From assembly GCA_050260105.1 (NCBI GenBank), contig JBLNBR010000013.1:50129-114128 (forward strand): a stretch of 64,000 nucleotides of DNA, given 5' to 3'. The DNA comes from Ignavibacteriales bacterium (GTDB lineage: Bacteria > Bacillota > Sulfobacillia > JABLXB01). The notes below the pieces were generated by a model. It saw only the letters and a program-made list of their open reading frames with translations. It did not search any database and was not told the DNA's origin. Position 1 is the first letter of the stretch, and each line of letters begins with the position of its first letter. This document shows positions 12,642-20,591 of the stretch, piece by piece. A program made the position numbers and the translations under genes.

Positions 12642-12663
12642 TGCAGATCCCTCCCCGGTGCCC

Positions 12664-13491
12664 TCAACGGACCCTGTATGCCTGCGCCAGCCGGTGGGCA
12701 AGCACATTGATGATGAGGATACACGCGGATAGTACTGCCGCCGTGCCGTACGCCCTCGGGAGGGACAACCCCTCGCTGGCCAGGATGTAGAGGTGCACGG
12801 CCATGGTACGGGCGGGCTGCCAGATGGACGTGGGGGTGTAGTAGGCCGAACCCGCCGTGAGAATGAGGGCCGCCGTCTCCCCGAATGACCTGCCGATGCC
12901 CAGGAGCACGCCGCTCATGATCCCGGGGAGGGCGGCAGGGACCACGACCCCGAAGACCGCCCTCCACTTGGGAGCGCCGAGAGCGAGACTCCCCTCCAGG
13001 TACTCAGGCGGCACGGATCTGATTGCCTCTTCAGCGGTGCGAATCAGCCCTGGCAGTATCATCAGCGCCATCGTAAGGCCGCCGGACATCACGGACCAGC
13101 CCATCCCCAGTTGTATGACGAAGAACGTGAAACCAAATAGCCCGAACACAACTGACGGTATGCCTGCGAGGGAAGACGTTCCAAACCGCACGAGGTCTGC
13201 CACGCGGCCCTGCCGGGCGTACTCCGCAAGGTACACCGCCGCACCCACGCCAAGCGGCACTGATATGGCCACGGCTACGCCGGTCACCCACATGGTACTG
13301 ATGATCCCCGGCAGGATTCCGCCGGCGCGACCGGAATCGGCTGTCGCCTGGAGAAGAAAGGATGGGGTGACTTCAGGTAATCCCCGTGACAGGATGTGCC
13401 ACATGATCGCGAGCAGTCCCACACCTATCAAGAAGGTGACAAAGGCGAGAACAGCTACCATCGTTGATTGGACTATTCGCCGGCTAGTCAT
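12664..13491 (-). CDS. pstA: Phosphate ABC transporter permease PstA
   Basis: Start refined to MTSRRIVQS, with an 8-nt overlap onto the pstC stop. Polytopic membrane protein with a permease EAA-like loop. Confidence 0.8.
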   Translation of the reverse strand: MTSRRIVQSTMVAVLAFVTFLIGVGLLAIMWHILSRGLPEVTPSFLLQATADSGRAGGILPGIISTMWVTGVAVAISVPLGVGAAVYLAEYARQGRVADLVRFGTSSLAGIPSVVFGLFGFTFFVIQLGMGWSVMSGGLTMALMILPGLIRTAEEAIRSVPPEYLEGSLALGAPKWRAVFGVVVPAALPGIMSGVLLGIGRSFGETAALILTAGSAYYTPTSIWQPARTMAVHLYILASEGLSLPRAYGTAAVLSACILIINVLAHRLAQAYRVR

Positions 13492-14344
13492 GGCTTCTGC
13501 CCACCCCTGCGACGACCTCGGCCAGGCGATTGAGACCCATGATAAGAACCAGTAGGACGAGGCCGGTGGCGAACAGTGCCCTCTGATGGTCTCCGGCGGC
13601 GTACCCCAATTCCAGCGCGATGTTACCCGTGAGGGTTCGGACCATGCGCGTGACACCCCCCGGGAACACGGGCGCATTGCCTGTGACCATTATCAAGGCC
13701 ATGGTTTCCCCTATGGCCCTACCCATCCCCAATACCACCGATGCGTTGATGCCTGAACGTGCAGTGGGGAGTACAACGCGCGTGACCGTCTCCCATTTGG
13801 TCGCGCCGAGAGCCATCGATCCTTCGCGGATGTCGTGGGGCACCGCCCTGAGGGAGTCCTCCGAGATCGCCGATATGGTCGGCAACACCATTATCCCGAG
13901 TACGAGCGACCCTGCCAGCAGGCTCAGACCCGATCCGCCGAAGTGATCGCGGATGAACGGTACTATGACGACGAGCCCGTAAAACCCGTAGACTACCGAT
14001 GGAATACCGGCAAGCACGCCGATCGCCAGGCGCGCGGAGCGTGCGACGGCTTCCGGAGCGAATTCGGCCAGGTAAACCGCACAGGCGAGGCCGGACGGGA
14101 CAGCGATGAGCAACGCCCCGGCCGTCACCGCAATGGTTCCGGCTATCATGGGAAGTATGCCGAACATGCCGTCGCCGGGACTCCAGACGGTCCCCCCGAG
14201 AAAGGAGAAGAGGCCTACCTTCATGATGAGCGGTAGGCCCGGAATAGCCACGAATGCTGCGATGAGGACTACGGCCGCGATTGAGACCACTGCGCACGCC
14301 GCCAAAGTAAGGCCTGCTAGTTGCTCCATTCTGCCCGCGGACAT
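13484..14344 (-). CDS. pstC: Phosphate ABC transporter permease PstC
   Basis: 286-aa polytopic membrane protein (MSAGRMEQLAGLTLAAC...) directly downstream of pstS. Confidence 0.85.
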   Translation of the reverse strand: MSAGRMEQLAGLTLAACAVVSIAAVVLIAAFVAIPGLPLIMKVGLFSFLGGTVWSPGDGMFGILPMIAGTIAVTAGALLIAVPSGLACAVYLAEFAPEAVARSARLAIGVLAGIPSVVYGFYGLVVIVPFIRDHFGGSGLSLLAGSLVLGIMVLPTISAISEDSLRAVPHDIREGSMALGATKWETVTRVVLPTARSGINASVVLGMGRAIGETMALIMVTGNAPVFPGGVTRMVRTLTGNIALELGYAAGDHQRALFATGLVLLVLIMGLNRLAEVVAGVGRSHD

Positions 14345-14371
14345 TGTGTCTCCTCCAGGTTGTGTATTGTG

Positions 14372-15217
14372 CTACCTGACCCTGACAAGGTTCTCTCCCG
14401 CGACGATGTCCTGCCCTTCGGGGCTCAGAACGAAGTCGATGTACTCCTTGACGAGGCCGGTAGGGGCTTCCCGGGTGAGGTATAGGAACGGCCTGTTGAC
14501 CCTGTATGTGCCGTTCAGGATGTTGGCCGCGGTGGGTTCGACGCCCTCGACTCTCACCGCCTTCACGGTTGAGTCGAGTCCGGCCAGAGACACGTATCCG
14601 ATGGCGTTGGGGTTCGTGGCCACTGTCGCGCGCACAGCCCCGGTGGAGTTCTGGATGGCCGAGTTCGCTGTGCATTTTGTGCCCTTCATGACGAGTTCTT
14701 CGAACGCCGCCCGCGTCCCGGAGCCGTCCTCCCTGACGACCACCGTGATGGGGGAGGCGGGCTGGCCGAGACCCTTCCAATCGGTGACGTCGCCGGCGAA
14801 TATACTCTTTATCTGCTCCAGCGTCAGGTTCTCGAGTGGACTCCCGGGGTTGACGATTATTGCTATCCCGTCACCCGCGATTGGGATTTCGTTGAGCCCC
14901 CTTTCCTCGGAGGTGAGGTCCCGCGATGATGAACCGATGTCCGCGACGCCCGATCGCGCCGCCTTAATCCCCGCCGACGAACCGCCGCCCTGGACGTTGA
15001 TTCTCACGCCGCGGTTCTTCGCCATGAACGCCTCCGAGAGCCTTTCGGAAACGGGCTGGACTGAAGTAGACCCCGCGATGGTGATGGTGGTCTGCGGTCC
15101 GGGTTGGCCCGGCGGTCCAGAGGGCCCGGCGGGTTCCGCGTGCTTCGTGCAGGCTGCGAGCCCTCCGAGGGCCAGCACGAGGACGGCCGTCAACATTGCC
15201 TTGCCCAGGCTTCTCAT
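14372..15217 (-). CDS. pstS: Phosphate-binding lipoprotein PstS
   Basis: ATG at MRSLGKAMLTAVLVLALGGLAAC (lipoprotein signal with lipobox LAAC), GGGAGGAG RBS. ITIAGSTSVQP and GSSAGIKAARSGVADIG PstS motifs. Confidence 0.85.
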   Translation of the reverse strand: MRSLGKAMLTAVLVLALGGLAACTKHAEPAGPSGPPGQPGPQTTITIAGSTSVQPVSERLSEAFMAKNRGVRINVQGGGSSAGIKAARSGVADIGSSSRDLTSEERGLNEIPIAGDGIAIIVNPGSPLENLTLEQIKSIFAGDVTDWKGLGQPASPITVVVREDGSGTRAAFEELVMKGTKCTANSAIQNSTGAVRATVATNPNAIGYVSLAGLDSTVKAVRVEGVEPTAANILNGTYRVNRPFLYLTREAPTGLVKEYIDFVLSPEGQDIVAGENLVRVR

Positions 15218-15269
15218 GACAACTCCTCCCAACGTGGACTTCGTGGACTACCACGGACATTGTCGTCCG

Positions 15270-15295
15270 GTATGATTGTAGTCAACCCGTGTGAA
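15270..15295 (-). promoter_or_regulatory. Pho-box-like direct repeats (candidate PhoP operator) upstream of pstS
   Basis: On the minus strand: TTCACAcgggTTGACTacaaTCATAC, three TTnACA-like hexamers at 10-bp periodicity, about 50-75 bp upstream of the pstS ATG and just downstream of phoR. Confidence 0.4.
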
Positions 15296-15313
15296 TGCCA
15301 CGTTGGGCGAGTG

Positions 15314-16744
15314 TTAAGATTCCGTTAAGAGGGGAATGGTGAAGTGGAAGGCTGAGCCTTTGCCGTATTCGCTCTCGGCCCACGCCTTGCCGCCGTGGAG
15401 GTCGACGAGGTGCTTGACGATGGAGAGACCCAGACCAGTGCCGCCGAGTTTTCTGCTGCGTGCCTTGTCAACGGTATAGAACCTCTCGAATATGCGGGGA
15501 AGGTCTTGCGGGGGGATGCCGGTCCCAGTGTCCCTGACAGTCACGCGCGCGAAGCCGTCCGCGGGCGCCATCGACACGTCGATGCTCCCGCCGCGGGATG
15601 TGAACTTGATCGCGTTCTCTAGCAGGTTATCCATCACCTGTTCAATCCGGGTCGAATCGAACCGGCACAGCACCGGGGTATCCGGCAGCATGGAGCGGAG
15701 GACGATTCCAGCGGACGCCGCCCTGTGAGACGCCTTCCTCACCGATTCCTCGACAGGCGCCCTCAAGTCCCCCGGCTCGGCGGTCACCGGCGACGGCGCA
15801 GACTCGATCTCGGACAGGTCCGCCAGGTCTCGCGCCAGCCTGTCGAGCCGGGACGCCTCGCGGTATATCGTCTCTACGAACTCCCTCGCGGCGGCCGGAT
15901 CGTCGAGAGCGCCGTCCAGCAGGGTTTCAGCGAATCCCCTTACAGATGTGACGGGTGTCCTCAGCTCGTGAGAGACGTTCGCCACGAAGTCCTTTCGCAC
16001 CGTTTCCAGGCGCTTCAGCTCCGTCACGTCATGCAGCGCCACTACGACTCCGTGCCCATCCAGTTCTCCCGAAATCGGATTGAGCAGTACCTCGAGGGAT
16101 TTCTCTTCCGGGTAGATGACTCTCACTTCAGTCCTGGCGGGCTGCCGCGAGGCGATCGCGCGGTCTATTGCGGCGCTCATCTGGTAGTTTCTCAGGGTCT
16201 CCACGTGCGGACGGCCGAGGAACGGGGGGCGAACCCCGAACATCCTGGCGGCCGCCTGGTTCAGCAGCACGATCCTGCCGGCGCCGTCGACGACGACTAC
16301 GCCGCTTCGCATGGTCGACAGAGCTGCCTCCATCTGGCGCCTGTCACGGGAAGCATGGTCCACAACCCGTTTCAACCCTGCGGCGGCGTCACGGATTGCC
16401 AGGCTGAGTAGCGTAATCTCGTCGCTCCCGGGGATTACCTCAGGCAGATCGAGATTCCCCGAGGCCAGGGAGCGTGCAACCCTTGTGAGTCTCGTGACCG
16501 GCCCGACGACCGTGTGCGCGACACCCAGGCCCACCGCGCCTGAGAAGATCCCTGCTACAAGCGCGGAAGCCACGAGGGACCCCACCGTGCTTGGACCACC
16601 CGAGGCGGGCCCGCCGGCCGGCATGTCCGCCGGCCGGGGAGACTTGCTCAGGATGAACGTGCCCGCACAGAGCGCAACGGCGATCCCGAGGAGGAAGAAC
16701 ATAGCGAAGAACCTTGCGTAGATACTGTGCCTTGTCCGTATCAT
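15314..16744 (-). CDS. phoR: Phosphate regulon sensor histidine kinase PhoR-like
   Basis: N-terminal TM helix, HAMP/PAS region, HisKA H-box HELRTPVTSVRGF, and HATPase N/G boxes (GGTGLGLSIVK). Located between the regulator gene and pstS. Confidence 0.8.
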   Translation of the reverse strand: MIRTRHSIYARFFAMFFLLGIAVALCAGTFILSKSPRPADMPAGGPASGGPSTVGSLVASALVAGIFSGAVGLGVAHTVVGPVTRLTRVARSLASGNLDLPEVIPGSDEITLLSLAIRDAAAGLKRVVDHASRDRRQMEAALSTMRSGVVVVDGAGRIVLLNQAAARMFGVRPPFLGRPHVETLRNYQMSAAIDRAIASRQPARTEVRVIYPEEKSLEVLLNPISGELDGHGVVVALHDVTELKRLETVRKDFVANVSHELRTPVTSVRGFAETLLDGALDDPAAAREFVETIYREASRLDRLARDLADLSEIESAPSPVTAEPGDLRAPVEESVRKASHRAASAGIVLRSMLPDTPVLCRFDSTRIEQVMDNLLENAIKFTSRGGSIDVSMAPADGFARVTVRDTGTGIPPQDLPRIFERFYTVDKARSRKLGGTGLGLSIVKHLVDLHGGKAWAESEYGKGSAFHFTIPLLTES

Positions 16745-17427
16745 CGCGGTTTCTCACCGAACCTGTACCCTACTCCGCGCACCGTCGTGATGAAGCAGCG
16801 ATTGCCGGGGCCTTTCTCGATCTTCTCTCTGAGGTGGCTGATGTGGACGTCGACGATACGTGTGTCGCCCACATACTCATACCCCCAGACGCGGTCGAGA
16901 AGATGTTCCCTCGTGAACACCCTGCCGGGGTTCTGCGCCATGAACACGAGGAGGTCGAATTCCCTGGCGGTTAGGGATATCTCCGCGCCGTCCATTTCCA
17001 CCGTGCGGGCCCCCCTGTCGATTGTCAAGCCGTTGTACGAGAGGGTCTCCTGTGGAGGGGCCGAGTTCCTCCGGAGAACGGCCCTCACCCGCGCCATCAG
17101 CTCACGAGGGCTGAACGGCTTCACAACATAATCGTCGGCCCCTAGTTCCAGGCCCACTACCTTGTCCACTTCGGATCCCCTGGCGGTGAGGAAGATGACC
17201 GGTGTGTTCTTGCCCTGGGAGCGGATGGCGCGGAATACATCCAGTCCATTCATTCCTGGAAGCATGACGTCGAGGAGAACCAGGTCGGGATCACCCGATC
17301 CCATCAGAGACAGGGCCTCGTTGCCGTCACTAGCCTCGAGAACCGTGTAACCCTCCTTTTGCAGGTTGAATGACACGAGCCTGACGATCGACGCCTCGTC
17401 GTCCACTATCATGACGCGGCCGGGCAT
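16741..17427 (-). CDS. phoP: OmpR-family response regulator PhoP-like
   Basis: ATG at MPGRVMIVDDEASIVRL with an AGGGGGG RBS. Receiver domain (phospho-acceptor Asp in LLDVMLPGMNG) plus a winged-helix trans_reg_C domain. 4-nt overlap with phoR. Confidence 0.85.
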   Translation of the reverse strand: MPGRVMIVDDEASIVRLVSFNLQKEGYTVLEASDGNEALSLMGSGDPDLVLLDVMLPGMNGLDVFRAIRSQGKNTPVIFLTARGSEVDKVVGLELGADDYVVKPFSPRELMARVRAVLRRNSAPPQETLSYNGLTIDRGARTVEMDGAEISLTAREFDLLVFMAQNPGRVFTREHLLDRVWGYEYVGDTRIVDVHISHLREKIEKGPGNRCFITTVRGVGYRFGEKPR

Positions 17428-17531
17428 GGATTGACCCCCCTGGCGATCCTGGTCGTGTGAGTAGCCTGAGATTCTCATTCGAATTGTACAGGAACAACGA
17501 TAGTGCTGCAATCAGAACCGCCGGCCGGTGT

Positions 17532-17975
17532 CTATGACTGGTTCGCCCCCGGGGAGGCCATTGGGATGGCTCTGTGCGATATGGCCAGGGCCACCTCGTT
17601 GAGGTGGATGAGGCCGACAGCGAAGAAGGCGACGACGATGAGGTGTTCGTTCTTCCGTGCGATCGCCACCTTGCCACCGGCGCTCAGGCCGAATGACTTC
17701 TGCGCGATCTGTGACAACGCGTCGCGCGCGGCGCCGGCGACGGCGCCCTCGTCTGTATGGGTCTCCCTGATGAGTCCCTCCCGCTTCGCAGCCACCAGGG
17801 CTCTTTCGATTCCCGTCTTGACCAGGACGTCGAATTCTCCGCCCAGGTCAATGGCGGCGGCCCGTATCCCCTCGCCGCGGAGCTGCTCTTTCACCTCGGC
17901 CTCCTGGGACCTATCCCTGGTTATGGCCATCCTGATTGCCGCCCTTGATATGTCGAGGGTCTCGAGCTCTTTCAC
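17532..17975 (-). CDS. Hypothetical protein (147 aa)
   Basis: GTG-initiated ORF in a gap between phoP and a divergent LysM gene. No family recognised by eye. Confidence 0.35.
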   Translation of the reverse strand: MKELETLDISRAAIRMAITRDRSQEAEVKEQLRGEGIRAAAIDLGGEFDVLVKTGIERALVAAKREGLIRETHTDEGAVAGAARDALSQIAQKSFGLSAGGKVAIARKNEHLIVVAFFAVGLIHLNEVALAISHRAIPMASPGANQS

Positions 17976-18124
17976 TGCCCATCACCGCTTTCCCGACGAC
18001 TACGGATCCGTGTCTCGAGTGTTTCGCTGTCGCGGGACGCATCCCTCTTCACAGCATGGCACACGGCCTGCGCAGCCATACTTTACAGGGTAACCAGGCT
18101 GTCAGGGGAAGGGATTGCCAGTAA

Positions 18125-18868
18125 TTGGTAGAATCCACCATAGAGTGGATGGCGGAGGGGATGCCTGTGGCTCGGAACGGACAGCCTCTTGCAGTCGATT
18201 TCCGGGTGCTGGTCATGGCTTTCGTCGTGTTGGGCGTACTCTTGGCGCCCGGCAGGTGCCTTGCGGCGCACTTCGGGTACAGGACGCTGAGGCAGGGCGC
18301 CACCGGCGAGGACGTGTGGTACCTGCAATCCCTGCTCGGCAGGATGGGGTTGTTTCACGGGGAGCCCACCGGGTACTTCGGTCCCAGGACCGCGACATCG
18401 TTGCGCGCGTTCCAGTCAACCCGCGGATTCGCGAGGACCGGTGTAGCGGCGGGCGAGACCCTGGCTACGTTGAGGTTGCTGGTTGCCATGCTGGAATGGA
18501 ACGAGTTCGGTTACGAGGTCAGGGAGGGTGATACTCTCGACACGATCGCGCAGGCGTACGAGATTCCCGCCAGAGTGATAGCAGCACTGAATGGTCTGGA
18601 TGAAGCCGTGACCCTCAAGCCCGGAGACCACGTGATTATTCCGGTGCCGGAATTCACGATGCATGAGGTCTGCAAGGGTGAAACCCTCACGGCCATCGCC
18701 GGGGATTACGGCGTGAGCTGGAAGGCCCTGGCGGCATGGAACGGGATCAAACACCCCTACGTGATATACCCCGGCGAGATGCTGGTCATACCAGTGCCCG
18801 GCACGGACGGGGCGGGGCCGGAGGACGGCGAAGTACTGGTGACGTGGGGGCCCGGCAGCCGGTGGTAG
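18125..18868 (+). CDS. Secreted peptidoglycan-binding protein (PG_binding_1 domain plus two LysM domains)
   Basis: Signal-like hydrophobic N-terminus (the start may be the internal MPVARNG...). YLQSLLGRMGLFHGEPTGYFGPRTATSLRAFQ is a PG-binding-1 motif. Two LysM repeats (EVREGDTLDTIAQAYEI..., HEVCKGETLTAIAGDYGVSW...). Confidence 0.75.
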   Translation: MVESTIEWMAEGMPVARNGQPLAVDFRVLVMAFVVLGVLLAPGRCLAAHFGYRTLRQGATGEDVWYLQSLLGRMGLFHGEPTGYFGPRTATSLRAFQSTRGFARTGVAAGETLATLRLLVAMLEWNEFGYEVREGDTLDTIAQAYEIPARVIAALNGLDEAVTLKPGDHVIIPVPEFTMHEVCKGETLTAIAGDYGVSWKALAAWNGIKHPYVIYPGEMLVIPVPGTDGAGPEDGEVLVTWGPGSRW

Positions 18869-18879
18869 TTGACAAGCGG

Positions 18880-19055
18880 TCCCGCCTGTACGAACATTAG
18901 AGCTGCAGACACTAACTGAAGAGCCTTCACTACTCCGAGCCAGCAGCCCGTATGGGTGGGTCCACCAGCCGCGGGAACTGGCCGAGGCGGAGCCGGGTGG
19001 CTTCGCCGAGGGCGAGCGGGAAACCGCTCTGCCTCCCGTGTTCGGAAAGGAGCCT
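18880..19055 (+). promoter_or_regulatory. Structured 5' leader of the molybdopterin operon: candidate Moco-riboswitch-like element with SD sequestration
   Basis: About 170-nt GC-rich leader after a TTGACA at 18869. Perfect GNRA hairpin GAGCGG-GAAA-CCGCTC, repeated CCGAG elements, and a CCUCCC anti-SD 10 nt upstream of the GGAAAGGAG SD of the first operon gene. The class assignment is not verified. Confidence 0.35.
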
Positions 19056-19322
19056 GTGGAATCATGGGCGCTCTCTGACGCGCAGGGGGCGCCCTCAGTA
19101 TTCGCTGCGACTATCGCTAAGACATGTGAGGTGGGCCGGTTGTCAACGATCGAGGACAGGATCATTGAAGCGGTCAAGTCGGCGGCCAGGGATGGGAGGC
19201 TGCCCTGCAAGGAGGCCTTTGGATTGGCTGCCGCCCTGGGGGTTGCGCCGGCTCTGGTGGGCCGCGCCGCCGATGTTCTCGGCGTGAAGATCAGCGGCTG
19301 CCAGCTCGGTTGTTTCAAGTGA
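19038..19322 (+). CDS. Small Cys-containing hypothetical protein, first gene of the molybdopterin cluster
   Basis: 94-aa ORF whose likely true start is the in-frame GTG at 19056 behind the GGAAAGGAG SD. Ends LPCKEAFGLAAALGVAPALVGRAADVLGVKISGCQLGCFK, 14 nt before moeA. Family not recognised. Confidence 0.5.
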   Translation: MFGKEPVESWALSDAQGAPSVFAATIAKTCEVGRLSTIEDRIIEAVKSAARDGRLPCKEAFGLAAALGVAPALVGRAADVLGVKISGCQLGCFK

Positions 19323-19335
19323 GAGGGGTGTCCGT

Positions 19336-20577
19336 TTGCTTCAGATTGTCCCTGTCCGGGAGGCAGTGCAGCATGTTTGCGGAATAATTCCTCGCGGCGC
19401 ATGTTCGCGGCGCAGCGCGCCGGTTCGCTCCGCCTTGGGTCTGGTGCTCAGCAGAGATGTTGTTGCGGCCGGGGATCTGCCACCGTACCCGAGGTCGACT
19501 GTGGATGGGTTTGCGGTCAGAGCGACGGACACGTACGGGGCCAGCGAGAGCATGCCCGCATTCCTCGACCTTTCGGGGGAAGTCGCGATGGGATCGCTGC
19601 CGGAGGCGCCCCTGGCGGCGGGGTGCGCGGTCCGGATATCGACGGGCGGGGCGCTGCCCGCCGGCGCCGACGCGGTGGCGATGCTGGAGTACTGTGAGGA
19701 ACCCGGCGACGGTACTGTCGCGGTGGGTTACGCGGTCGGCCCAGGCGAGAACGTCGTTCGCAGGGGCGAGGATGTTGCGGCGGGGACCACACTGCTCACT
19801 GACGGTCACAGGCTCCGGCCCCAGGACCTGGGCGCCCTCGAGGGTCTGGGCTTCACCGGGGTGGAGGTGTACGGGAAACCGCGTGTGGGAGTGATTTCGA
19901 CCGGGGACGAAGTGGTCGAGGCCTCCGTCCAGCCGGCGCCGGGACAGATCAGGGACGTGAACGGGGCTGCCATCTGCGCGTCTCTCGAACGTGACGGCCT
20001 GGCGCCGGAGTTTCTCGGTGTGGTTCCCGACGACCGCGCCCGGCTGGAGGATTCCATCAGGAGGGCATTGCGGTTTGACGCCGTGGTGGTTTCCGGGGGG
20101 AGTTCCGCGGGGACGAGGGATATGGTCGCGTCGGTGTTCGATTCGCTGGGCAGGCCGGGGGTCGTGGTTCACGGCCTGGCGCTGCGCCCGGGCAAGCCGA
20201 CGATCATGGCGGTACTGGATGGTAAGTTCGCCGCCGGCCTCCCCGGGCACCCATCGTCGGCGCTCGTCGCCTACGAGGCCGCGATCAGGCCGGTACTCCG
20301 GAGGGTCGCAGGGGAGGTCCCCCAGGAAGGCGCGGGGGTCATGGCGGGAATACCAATCAAGGCGCGGTGTTCCAGGAGCATATCGTCCAGGCCGGGCAGG
20401 GAGGAGTTCATTCGCTGTTCGCTGAGATGGGACGGCGACGAGGTCTGGGCTGACCCGGTACTGGGGAAATCCGGACTCATTTCGACCATGGTCAGGGCGC
20501 AGGCATTCATCCATGTTCCCCTTGACAGCGACGGGGCCGGCGCGGGTTCCCCGGTGGACGTCTACCTGTTCGGCTGA
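19336..20577 (+). CDS. moeA: Molybdopterin molybdenum/tungsten transferase MoeA
   Basis: TTG start after a GAGAGGGG RBS. MoeA N-terminal, MPT-binding (VVVSGGSSAGTRD) and C-terminal domains. Confidence 0.85.
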   Translation: MLQIVPVREAVQHVCGIIPRGACSRRSAPVRSALGLVLSRDVVAAGDLPPYPRSTVDGFAVRATDTYGASESMPAFLDLSGEVAMGSLPEAPLAAGCAVRISTGGALPAGADAVAMLEYCEEPGDGTVAVGYAVGPGENVVRRGEDVAAGTTLLTDGHRLRPQDLGALEGLGFTGVEVYGKPRVGVISTGDEVVEASVQPAPGQIRDVNGAAICASLERDGLAPEFLGVVPDDRARLEDSIRRALRFDAVVVSGGSSAGTRDMVASVFDSLGRPGVVVHGLALRPGKPTIMAVLDGKFAAGLPGHPSSALVAYEAAIRPVLRRVAGEVPQEGAGVMAGIPIKARCSRSISSRPGREEFIRCSLRWDGDEVWADPVLGKSGLISTMVRAQAFIHVPLDSDGAGAGSPVDVYLFG

Positions 20578-20591
20578 ATACTGGAGGTCTG

